Assembly (NCBI RefSeq): GCF_018350175.1
Contig: NC_058375.1
Location: forward strand, 28,086,001 to 28,150,000
DNA: 64,000 nucleotides
Reading direction: 5' to 3'
Origin: Felis catus
Lineage: Eukaryota
Shown here: in pieces, positions 1 through 9,130 of the stretch
Layout: each line of letters starts with the position of its first letter
How positions within the stretch are numbered: the stretch's first letter is position 1
Notes under the pieces: model-generated
Database searches by the model: none
Told to the model about the DNA's origin: nothing
What the model saw: only the letters and a program-made list of their open reading frames with translations
Position numbers and translations under genes: made by a program

Positions 1-589
1 GCAGATTCTGGTGCCGGAGTGAAGCCCTGGGGCTCACATTCCGGCTCTGTGGATGCGCGGTGGGTGCCCACTTCAGCTTTGGCACTGGCCTCACGGGTCT
101 CCACCTGTAAACGCGGAGACCAGGACGCCACCTCCCGGAACAGATCGGAGAGCTCAATGAGATGAAGCAGAAGGTAGCTCCGGGAGTTGTGCAAGGTGAT
201 TCTGAGATTGCGAAGCTCCAAAAGCATTTTTGCGCATGTTTTATTTACTCTTCCTTTGTCCTTTAATTTACTCTTCCATTGTTCGCATTTTAAACGTGAG
301 CCATGGAAGCATTTCAAACCAAGTGATGAGTCCAAGCTCATTTGGTGAGTCAGCCGCAGAACTGGGTCTGGTCCCAGGACTGGTGGCCGTGAGCGGCGCC
401 AGACCTCAGGGAGCTCCTAGAGCAGTGGGATCAGGCCACGGCCCCTCCCTCCAGCCACTGAAACCCTCCGGGTGCCTCTCTCTCCCTGGATTGTGCTGTT
501 GGCCGGTTTCTCCTTTTGTGTGTGTGTTGGGAGTGGAGGTGGCTGCAGATCGGGGAGGGTGGGTGACAGGAAAGATGGGGCAGCTCTGG

Positions 590-665
590 GATCTGACGGT
601 TAATTAAAATGTCCTCATGGGTGATCAATCCACAGTCAATGGCTTGAATCCACAATGACCCAGCT
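590..665. promoter_or_regulatory. Enhancer-like AT-rich island (candidate conserved noncoding element)
   Basis: Non-repeat cluster TTAATTAAAA, TGATCAATC, GTCAATGG, CACAATG in a GC-rich background; conservation untested. Confidence 0.25.
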
Positions 666-755
666 TCTTTCTGGCTGAGCACGTGGCCTTCCTGGTGGTG
701 CTGGCAGGAGGCCCTGCTGTCTTCCTCCTGGTCCTTGGAGGCCCGGGACGGGATG

Positions 756-919
756 NNNNNNNNNNNNNNNNNNNNNNNNNNNNNNNNNNNNNNNNNNNNN
801 NNNNNNNNNNNNNNNNNNNNNNNNNNNNNNNNNNNNNNNNNNNNNNNNNNNNNNNNNNNNNNNNNNNNNNNNNNNNNNNNNNNNNNNNNNNNNNNNNNNN
901 NNNNNNNNNNNNNNNNNNN
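756..919. other. Assembly gap (164 N)
   Basis: Run of N. Confidence 0.99.
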
Positions 920-1084
920 ACCCTGTCCCCTCTCTCCCCTCCCACCCTCTCCCTTGGCGTCACCCCTCTTGGCCCAGAAGGATGGGAGGGGCCTCCCAAT
1001 CACTGGGGAACCAGGGGGAGACAAGCCCATGTCAAACTTCACTCACAATCGCTCCTGCGCATCTGTGGGATGTTCCCTGGGGTC

Positions 1085-1460
1085 TTGCACACCACACCTC
1101 TCGCCCTAACCTGGATCATTCCTCAGCATGGACCCTCTCATCCACACTCCTGGCTCCGATGGCTTCAGTGATGACTCACCACCCTCTACTTACCTCCCAA
1201 CTGTGCCCCAGACCCAAGTGCCCATCTGTTTCCTGGACATCTCCCTGACGCTTCAAAGACTCCCTCCTGGCTCTGCCTCTTGAGTTTTCCATTTAGGTCC
1301 TTCCTCCACCATCCATCTGTCTTCTAGGCCAGAAATCTGAGGGTCACCCCAGTCTCTTCTGCCTCCCACACCCTCACAAGTCTCAGGTCTCCAAGCCCTG
1401 CCCATTCTGCTTCCTAAAGGCCTCTTGACTCTCCCCTCCCCTCCCTTTGCCCTTGTCTGG
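1085..1460 (+). mobile_element. L2 LINE fragment
   Basis: Resembles L2 body: ctcatccac...atggcttcagtgatgactc...ccagaccc...ctggacatctcc. Confidence 0.6.
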
Positions 1461-1509
1461 GTCTTGACCTCTGCTCCTGGGCCACCATACCTGCTTCCTC
1501 GCTGGTCGG

Positions 1510-1883
1510 TGCCCAGACCCCTCCGGCTTTCCGGGTAGCGCATGCCTGCCCTGCTTCCAAAAGCCCGCAGCGTTTCCCTGGAGCCCTCCCTGCTTTCCAG
1601 GTCCCCTCTTGGTCGGTTGCTGAGGGGAGTTGCTGCATAAATGCCCCTGCTCCTACCCCTGTGGGTGGGATAATTGAGGTCCAGGGTCCACACAGGTCCC
1701 CGAGGTCACCAGAATGAAGCTCCACTGTAGTAACTGGCTTGCTGAAGGCACGCGTCTCATCTTCCTCCCTCCCCTGCCTCCCTCCCCAACTCCCCTGCTG
1801 GGTTTCTGGGATGCCTCCCAAAGAAACTGCTTGCACTCAAATCCTTGTCTCAGAGTTGGCTTCTAGGGAGCCCAAACCAAGAC
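1510..1883 (+). mobile_element. ERVL solo LTR (LTR16-like)
   Basis: Diagnostic 3' end gaaactgcttgcactcaaatccttgtctcagagttggcttctagggagcccaaaccaagac. Confidence 0.7.
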
Positions 1884-1959
1884 GGGACTCATGATTTGTC
1901 CATCCTGCACATCCCAGGGTGACCCTTGGGCTATGCACATCTGATTCTCTCCCTCCTTA

Positions 1960-2021
1960 GGATTACACGCTGTGGCTTTTATTCCTCCACACCGCTGCAG
2001 CGAAAGGAGGTCTTTGGAAAC
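1960..2021 (-). other. Possible terminal exon of candidate minus-strand transcript
   Basis: Weak acceptor attcag|gtttcc at 2022/2021 and AATAAA on minus strand at 1983-1978. Confidence 0.2.
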
Positions 2022-2109
2022 CTGAATGTATACAGCATTTGGGGACTGCTGCTTACGTTTCCAAAGCGGTTGCCACAGGCTTCAGATAGTATGCTTTTTT
2101 GGTGCCATC

Positions 2110-2450
2110 ATTAGATAAAGTTATGCTTTTACACAGCTATTAAATAATACAGATAGAGGGCCATCAGTGTTAAAGAGAACCACGTTCTCAAATATCGAAA
2201 TAACATCACGAAGCTATCCTTACTAAAACTTGAGTTGGTTAGCACAAGAATTAACCAGGTAACGGAGATGGGCAAAGTCGGTTCCTCCTAAATGCTAAAC
2301 GTGGCATTTCAAATTAGTGTAGACATGGAGGCAGAGAATTAGTTAATCGTGGGGGAAAAACGCAGACACCTACTTCATGCAAATTCCCGATAGATAGAAA
2401 TGTGAATATAAAAAAAGTGAAATCATGAGAGATCTAGAGGAAACAAAGGC
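2110..2450 (+). mobile_element. Old L1 (L1M/L1ME) ORF2-region fragment
   Basis: A-rich, degenerate match to L1 aaattcc..gatag..aaatgtgaa..aaaa..atcatga..ctagaggaaac. Confidence 0.45.
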
Positions 2451-3001
2451 GATCATCTCCAGATGCGGTGGGCCTTCCCAGGGAGACAAGGGAAGAAGCC
2501 ACAGGCAGGATGGTGAGAACCGCTGGGATGAACAAAGAATCCCGAAGTCAAAAAGACCAGGTGGGAAACTCTACTGGCAGCATGCACTATAGAAGGAAAA
2601 GAAGAAATTGAGTAGGGTTTGGTCGAATCAATCTCCATTTTTGTTTGTTCCTGACACCTAGTTAAAAAAAAAAAAAAAGTCACCCAAAGCTGGAACAAAT
2701 CCTGGAAAGGTGAACCTTTGGTCGTCCGCTCACGAAAGCGCTTACCCTGGCGATCAGGAAGTTCTTCCTGGTGTTCACCCTGCATCCTTCTTGCTTCGGT
2801 GGGAGCTTTTCTATGCTTTAGGCCTCAGGGGAGAGGGAGGGCCTTTTCTTGAAGTGACTTCAGATAGTATGTGTGGTTCCCAGGGCGTCCAGGCCAAGAG
2901 GCTTCGGGAATTCATGCCTTGCCACATACCAGGTCTGGGAGGTTCCGGCTTCTTAGAAGTTCTCCTGGGTCTTCATCCTGGATCCAGAGCTGGCCTTCCC
3001 C

Positions 3002-3482
3002 TCATGCTGGCTTCCTCCCTGTCCCCATCTCCTTCCGGAGCCTGCTGGGATCCCACCTGGAGCTTGTCCCGAGACCCATTCTGAACCGCATCTGGATCCT
3101 GGTCTTGAGCCATCTCTGACCCCCAGCGCACCCATCCGGGGCTGTGGCTGGAGCCCCCATGGCCAGATCCTGTCGGGCTGAGCTGCTGCTCTGAGCCAGG
3201 CCGGCTGTGCAGGGAACAGATGGGCTCCCCGTGGACGTGGCAGCGGCNNNNNNNNNNNNNNNNNNNNNNNNNNNNNNNNNNNNNNNNNNNNNNNNNNNNN
3301 NNNNNNNNNNNNNNNNNNNNNNNNNNNNNNNNNNNNNNNNNNNNNNNNNNNNNNNNNNNNNNNNNNNNNNNNNNNNNNNNNNNNNNNNNNNNNNNTGCCA
3401 GTCAGGGGAGCTGGGGGTGGGGGGGGGGGGTAGGGGCTGGGCAGGCGCAGGCGCGAGAGGCGCCGGGGATCGGGGCTCAGAC
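3002..3482 (-). CDS. Putative coding exon (proline-rich, uncharacterised) of candidate minus-strand gene; spans N-gap
   Basis: Acceptor ccccacaccccag|gtctgag at 3483/3482; reads SEPRSPAPLAPAPAQPLPPPPTPSSPDW in phase with the upstream exon. Stop at 3002-3004 if the gap size is exact (other frames stop at 2973 or 2953). Donor ctg|gtatgt at 2930/2929. Confidence 0.3.
3248..3395. other. Assembly gap (148 N)
   Basis: Run of N. Confidence 0.99.
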
Positions 3483-3813
3483 CTGGGGTGTGGGGAGCCC
3501 CTCCTCGCCTCCTCCCTCAAGGAGGACGGGGAGACGAGGGACGGGTGTGTGCATGCACACGTGCAATGCTGATACGTACACGCACGCACGTGCAACACTG
3601 ACACACATATGCACCCGCCGTGGACACATGCCTGCACACGTACCCATCATCGACACACATAGAGTCCAAGTGTTGACACACAGAAATGCACAGTCCTGAC
3701 TTACATAAATAAACACTCCCTGTCGACACACATATGCACAACCCTGGCACAGGCTTCCGCGATGCTGGTAGATACACATCCGTACGCATGCTGACACATA
3801 TTCTGATACATTC

Positions 3814-4031
3814 TTTTTTTTTTTTTTAAACATTTATTTATTTTTGAGACAGAGAGACACAAAGCATGAACAGGGGAGGGTCAGAGAGAGAGGGAGACAC
3901 AGAATCTGAAACAGGCTCCAGGCTCCGAGCGGTCAGCACAGAGCCTGACGCGGGGCTCGAACTCACAGACTGCGAGATCATGACCGGAGCTGAAGTCGGC
4001 CGCTTTACCGACTGAGCCACCCAGGTGCCCC
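3814..4031 (-). mobile_element. SINEC_Fc-type Can-SINE
   Basis: Reverse of ggggcacctgggtggctcagtcgg head, (CT)n body, A-tail; flanked by gatacattct. Confidence 0.95.
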
Positions 4032-4040
4032 GATACATTC

Positions 4041-4260
4041 TTTTTTTTTTTTTTTAACATTTATTTATTTTTGAGACAGAGAGAGACAGAGCATGAATGG
4101 GGGGAGGGCCAGAGAGAGAGGGAGACACAGAATCTGAAGCAGGCTCCAGGCTCTGAGCTGTCGGCACAGAGCCTGATGCGGGGCTCGAACTCACGGACCG
4201 TGAGATCGTGACCTGAACGAAGTCGGACGCTCAACCGACTGAGCCACCCAGGCGCCCCCC
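4041..4260 (-). mobile_element. SINEC_Fc-type Can-SINE
   Basis: Full head, body and tail; flanked by gatacattct (4032, 4261). Confidence 0.95.
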
Positions 4261-4270
4261 GATACATTCT

Positions 4271-4542
4271 TTTAAAAGAAATTTTTTTTAATGTTTATTT
4301 ATTTTTTTGAGAGAGACAGAGACAGAGCTTGAGCGGGGGAGGGGCAGAGAGAGAGGGAGACACGGACTCTGAAGCAGCCTCCAGGCCCTGAGCTGTCAGC
4401 CCAGAGCCCGACGCGGGGCTTGAACCATGAACGGAAGCAAGTGGCTTCCCATGAACGCGGGGCTTGAACCCACGAACGGAAGCGAGATCATGACCTGAAC
4501 GGAAGTCAGTGGCTTAACCGACTGAGTCCCCCCAAGTGCCCC
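4271..4542 (-). mobile_element. Can-SINE with internal duplication
   Basis: acgcggggcttgaacc..gaacggaagc occurs twice; TSD-like 3799-3815/4543-4559. Confidence 0.9.
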
Positions 4543-4994
4543 TATACTGATACATTCTTGCTCATGGTGTTGACACACGCCCAACACTGACACACACACA
4601 AACGCTGGCTCGCTGACCCACATTCTACAGACACACCCACTACCAACCAGCAGTCACATCCAAGGGACACATACGTGCCCTGCTGGTAGCCTAATACAGA
4701 CAGAAACACAGTGGCGGTGTTGGCGTAAACATCGTCTCCCACTGACACACAAATTAACGACGCACATGTATATGACACGTACACACCTATACACAATATT
4801 CACACATACACACACACTCATGAGTTCGCTGACGGTTCCCTTTGTTCAGGCCCCTGGTCATTATGGAACACTTTTCCATCTATTTTGATCAGGTGCTGGG
4901 CTGAACGGTAGAGTGAGACCTGGTGCCCGCCCTCAGGCAGCTTTGCCTGGAGCCAGGAGATGTACACACAAACAGACCACACGACACCCATAGT

Positions 4995-5215
4995 AATTAC
5001 AGCTGCCTCGTATATAGTACTTGTATATGGCCCTTACCGTGGTAAGCACTTTACATGTATAAACTTAAAATGTCTATAACAGCCTTTGGAGGTAAGTACT
5101 ATTATTAGCTTCAGTTTATGAGGGACTTGGGCACAGAGAGGCTAAGTGACATGCCCGAGGTCACACAGCTCTGGAGCAGTAGAGCTGGGATTTGAACTCA
5201 GGCCATCAGGCTCTC
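4995..5215 (-). mobile_element. MIR
   Basis: gcacagagaggctaagtgacatgcccgaggtcacacagct...gggatttgaactcagg core. Confidence 0.8.
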
Positions 5216-5384
5216 AAGCATGTGTAACCTGTGTGTGTGTATTGTTTCCTTGCATCCGAATCTGACCAGAAAAAAGCCCCCCAAACCGAAACATGGGCCA
5301 CCCCCATCGTAGACCCAGACCTATCTGCACACAGACACACACCCACGGTACCATCATGGCCCATTTGGAATGACCCGCACCCAC

Positions 5385-5464
5385 CTCCTGGGAAGGCTGC
5401 GTGCAGGGAGGGTGCAGGCCGAGGACCTCACAGTGGCCTGCCTCTGCGGGGAGGGGCAGTTCAT
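5385..5464 (-). CDS. Putative first coding segment of candidate gene (exon 5477-5385)
   Basis: Acceptor cccctcctctccag|gg at 5478/5477; ATG at 5464 in tccaacATG (A at -3); MNCPSPQRQATVRSSACTLPARSLPR; donor cccaggag|gtgggt at 5385/5384. Confidence 0.3.
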
Positions 5465-5609
5465 GTTGGAAAAGGCCCTGGAGAGGAGGGGTGTGGGGCT
5501 GTGGGGTGGCGTGGGGGTGTGCTTTTCCAGCTGTCTTGTCTCCGGTCTGTTGTCCCGGGGCCTCTTCCTCTACCTGTTTCCTAATTCCCTCTGCTGGCAC
5601 TAGCCATGG

Positions 5610-5689
5610 CTGTTTTATGCAGCTGGGATCTCTCAGGACCAGGGCTGGAGTGGTGTGGGGTGGGGGCGGGGGCGGGGGCGGGGGCGGGG
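5610..5689 (-). promoter_or_regulatory. Candidate core promoter: four tandem GC boxes, E-box, CATAAAA TATA-like box
   Basis: (GGGGGC)4GGGG at 5662-5689, CAGCTG 5620-5625, CATAAAA on minus 5619-5613, donor aaacag|gtagag at 5574/5573. Confidence 0.35.
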
Positions 5690-5939
5690 ATGCTGCTAGG
5701 CGGCAGAGCCGGTTTTCTCAAACGGGATGGGGAAGGTGAGGCACTAAGCAGGACAGCTGTGAGCTGGGCCTGGAGGCCTTGCTCCTCGGGACAAGTTCTG
5801 GAAAGGTATTTTGGGCTGCAGCCAAGTGACCAGGAGCCTGGAGCTGCGCTGACCACGTGCAGTCCCTGTTTAGGACCGACTACTCTGGTTTGAGCCACCC
5901 CTGTGGGCAGGTCCCTTAGTCCTCAGTTTCCTCGTCTGA

Positions 5940-6280
5940 ACCTAAGATTCACATGTTGAAGCCTTCTGGTGTGATGGTATTTGGAGGAGGGGGATTAGGT
6001 TCAGATGAGCTCATGAGGCCAGGAGCCCCATGATGGGGTCAGAGCTGTAAGGAGTCTTGCTCTTTTGGTGTGCCCCTCCCCCCGTCCCCTCCCAGCATGC
6101 AGAGGAGGTCGTGTTAGCACACAGACAGATGGTGGCCGTCTACCAGCCAGGAAGAGGACTGTCACCAGTACCCCACCATGCTGGCCTCCAGCCACCAGAC
6201 CTGTGGGAAGATAAATTTCTATTGCTTCAGCCCCCTCAGTCTGTGATATTTTGCTATGGAAGCCTGAGCTGACTATGACA
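5940..6280 (+). mobile_element. MaLR LTR (MLT1A-like)
   Basis: attcacatgttgaag...gattagg..agatgag...ataaatttctattgcttcagcc...ctgagctgactatgaca. Confidence 0.8.
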
Positions 6281-6387
6281 GGGCTTCAGGGAAGTCTGCG
6301 GGCGAAGGCTGGTCTGAGGCCGGCACCGAGAGCTGGCTCTCTCAAGGACCACACTGCAGCCGGGGCTTGCCTTGTGTCTCCTTTCTT

Positions 6388-6905
6388 GCCCAACTGTCCC
6401 ACCTCAGCCCAGCTGTCCCCCCACCTCAGCCCAGCTGTCCCCCCACCTCAGCCCAGCTGTCCCTCTACCTCAACCCAGCTGTTCCCCTATCTCAGCTCAG
6501 CCGTCCCCCCACTTCAGGCCAGCTGTCCCTCCCGACCTCAGGTCAGCTGTCCCCTCATCTCGGTCTAGCTGTTCCAACTGCTCTCCCAGTATAGGCCTAG
6601 CGATTCCCCAACGTTAGTCAAGATGACCTTCCCAGGTCAACCCAGCTGCTTCCCAACACGAGCTTAGTTGTTCTTTCGCATCTGCTGTCTGTTCCCTTAG
6701 ATCAGTCCAGATGTTTCCCATGTCACCCAGCTGTTGTACCTTATCAGACCAGTGGCTCTGCCCTCACATCAGGCCAGGGGCCCCACCCCATCTGCTCGGC
6801 CGTTCTCCCCCAACATCATCCCAGCTATTTCTCCTCGGGTCAGCCCAACTGTCCCCTTCCACTTCTGTCCCCCCACCTTTCCCTCGTCACATCGGCCCAG
6901 CCGTC
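6388..6905 (+). repeat. 22-bp minisatellite CCCAGCTGTCCCCCCACCTCAG, decaying 3'-ward
   Basis: CAGCTG at 6410, 6432, 6454, 6476, 6520, 6544, 6643, 6728; variants at 6391, 6498, 6566. Confidence 0.85.
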
Positions 6906-7439
6906 CCCCTCCCCTCGCCCTCGCATCAACTGGTTCTTTCCTTATATCAGTTCAGTGGTTCTCTTTTCTGGGCACCTTCTCAGGGAGTGGAAGGGATATG
7001 TTGAGTTTCCCCAGGGCAGCTTCTCTGGTCTTGCTAGAGGGGTTCCCTACCGGGCTCCAGCTTCCCTCACCCCATGGGAAGCAGGGGCATGGCATGAGGC
7101 GTCTAATCCTGGGCTCATACCTACTCTTCCATGAGAATGGAAAGGGTGGGGAGGAGGACGTACTTGAGACTGGAAGAAGTAGAATTCATGTATTCCCTAC
7201 CTCCCCCCCCATTGGCAGGAGGGACCCCTACATCATCGCCAACCCCTCCCAGAGACGGGTGGGGTACCTGGCCTTACACCACCTCCAGAGAGGCAGGGGG
7301 AACCCCAGGCGTTCCACGGTCACCCCGGCTCCAGATAGGAGAGACACCCCCTCAATCATCCCCTTCCCCAGAGATGAGAACAACCTCTGGAATCATCTTC
7401 CCCACCCTAATCTGAACCCCTGGAGGAGAGAAGACAGAT

Positions 7440-7475
7440 CCTGATTAAATATGCAAATTCAAACAGATGGTGGAG
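7440..7475. promoter_or_regulatory. Compact motif cluster: homeodomain + octamer + E-box
   Basis: TGATTAAAT 7442-7450, ATGCAAAT 7451-7458, AACAGATGG 7462-7470. Confidence 0.35.
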
Positions 7476-7776
7476 CAGTGATGGGCGGGCTGTCAGGGGA
7501 GCATGTCACCATGTGATGTGTGTGCCTTTGTGTAAATGTGTGTCTGTGCAATGAGTGTGGAGGACACTGCGTGGGGGAGGGGGGGTCTGGGAGGGCGGGC
7601 CGCCTCTGGCCAAGGGGGCTGGATTGCGTGGGGTGGGGATTCCGCGGGAGGGGAAGAGAGTGCAATGACTTTCCACCGTGGGCCAGCCTGGGACCTCCCT
7701 GTCTCCAGCTCTCCAGGCCTCTCCAAACCAGGATGCTAATTCCACCAGGTCCAGGCTGGGACGGGAGGGGATTCGT

Positions 7777-7948
7777 NNNNNNNNNNNNNNNNNNNNNNNN
7801 NNNNNNNNNNNNNNNNNNNNNNNNNNNNNNNNNNNNNNNNNNNNNNNNNNNNNNNNNNNNNNNNNNNNNNNNNNNNNNNNNNNNNNNNNNNNNNNNNNNN
7901 NNNNNNNNNNNNNNNNNNNNNNNNNNNNNNNNNNNNNNNNNNNNNNNN
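7777..7948. other. Assembly gap (172 N)
   Basis: Run of N. Confidence 0.99.
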
Positions 7949-8036
7949 TACTTAGCACCGGTGCCTTGCTGGTGAGGGATGGCACCCTGCCCCCTCCCCA
8001 GCTCCAAGGAGAGCGTCCCATGGAGGAGGGGCCAAT

Positions 8037-8040
<4 letters not shown>

Positions 8041-8083
<43 letters not shown>
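8041..8083 (+). repeat. (CA)21 microsatellite
   Basis: Perfect dinucleotide run. Confidence 0.98.
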
Positions 8084-8086
<3 letters not shown>

Positions 8087-8379
8087 GGGCAGCGGAGCCT
8101 TCAGGAACCTGCTGTGGAATTGGTCCAGGTCCAGGAACATTCGGGGAGCCCCTGAGAACAGGGCACTCTAGGATCTGTCCCCCATTTCTGGAGACAGAGC
8201 AGACTTGAGGAAATCAACGGATTCTCAAAAAGTGGAGATTTGCCTTCATCAAGAGTGTTTAAAATACAATCTTTTATTCTTGCCTTTTCCTTCCCCCAAT
8301 ACACCCTCACCCTCGCTCAGTCTGGGGACTCCTATCCACCCATTAAAATCTCCTAAGTGGAGTGGGACCAGTTTGCATT

Positions 8380-8560
8380 CATTTCTGTATCTTCAGCTCT
8401 TGGCCCAGGGCTCAGTATTGGTTGAATGAATGAATGAGTGAGTGAGTGAATGTAACTCATTCATTCATTCATTCATTCAATAAATATTTACTGATCATCT
8501 ACTCTGTGTCTGGTCTCAGAGATGCATCTGAGTCGGGTCCTGCCCTCACCATGGCAAATA
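8380..8560. mobile_element. Two L2 3' ends, tail-to-tail
   Basis: ...ctcagtattggttgaatgaatgaa (+) followed by cattcattcaataaatatttactga..tactctgtg (-). Confidence 0.75.
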
Positions 8561-8984
8561 CTACCATGTGGTGCTGAGAGGCCCCAGGTGCTGGGGGGGT
8601 AGGCTCAGGAAAGAGCCTGGGGAGTGAGACGGAATGCGTTTTTCAGCAGGGGGGTTGACACGCATCAATAAAGTTCAGCCTCCCAACAAAGATGCAGACT
8701 CTGAGCCCATCTCAGCTCAGCCCTGTCTTGTCCCGTTAGGGAGGACTTCTAGGTGGGGCTTCCCCGGAGAGTGAGGTTTGACTGTTGTGTGTGATGTGTG
8801 CACGTGCACGTGCGTGTGCACGCGTGTGTGAGTGTGCGTCTGTGTGCAGGAAGCCCTGCCGGGGAGAGGCCAGTGCAGAGGAAGAGGTGGGTGGGTGTGG
8901 TTGTTGCTGTTGTTTATTTTTTCAGAAAGTGAGCACACTGTCCACCCCACCCTGCAACTCCCCTCCTCAGTGCCTGCGGGGAAG

Positions 8985-9130
8985 TCGATAGCAATGGATT
9001 AAACAGCGAGGAGAAGGCTGAGAGCACAATTGGAAGAAAGATAAAGATAATTAAAACTAATTCCAACTGCTCCCAGAGAAATCAATTTCATAACTTCGGT
9101 GCGTCCCTAAACTTGTTCCCGAGATGCAGC
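8985..9130. promoter_or_regulatory. Enhancer-like AT-rich island
   Basis: AATGGATTAAA, CAATTG, AGATAAAGATAATTAAAACTAATT, AAATCAATTTCATAA; no recognisable repeat. Confidence 0.35.

Noticed and set aside
431-1171. Long ORFs spanning the 756-919 gap, including a hydrophobic stretch (AFLVVLAGGPAVFLLVLG)
   Set aside because: Length is inflated by Ns, there is no convincing splice pair, and the 3' part runs into L2 sequence.
2080-2871. 14-nt direct repeat cttcagatagtatg at 2080 and 2858 as a possible TSD
   Set aside because: The enclosed L1 fragment looks too old for a perfect TSD, there is no tail at the junction, and one such match in 64 kb is plausible by chance.
6388-6905. Regularly spaced repeats as a CRISPR-like array or a repeat-protein exon
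   Set aside because: Mammalian DNA with contiguous units and no unique spacers; a 22-bp period is not a multiple of 3.
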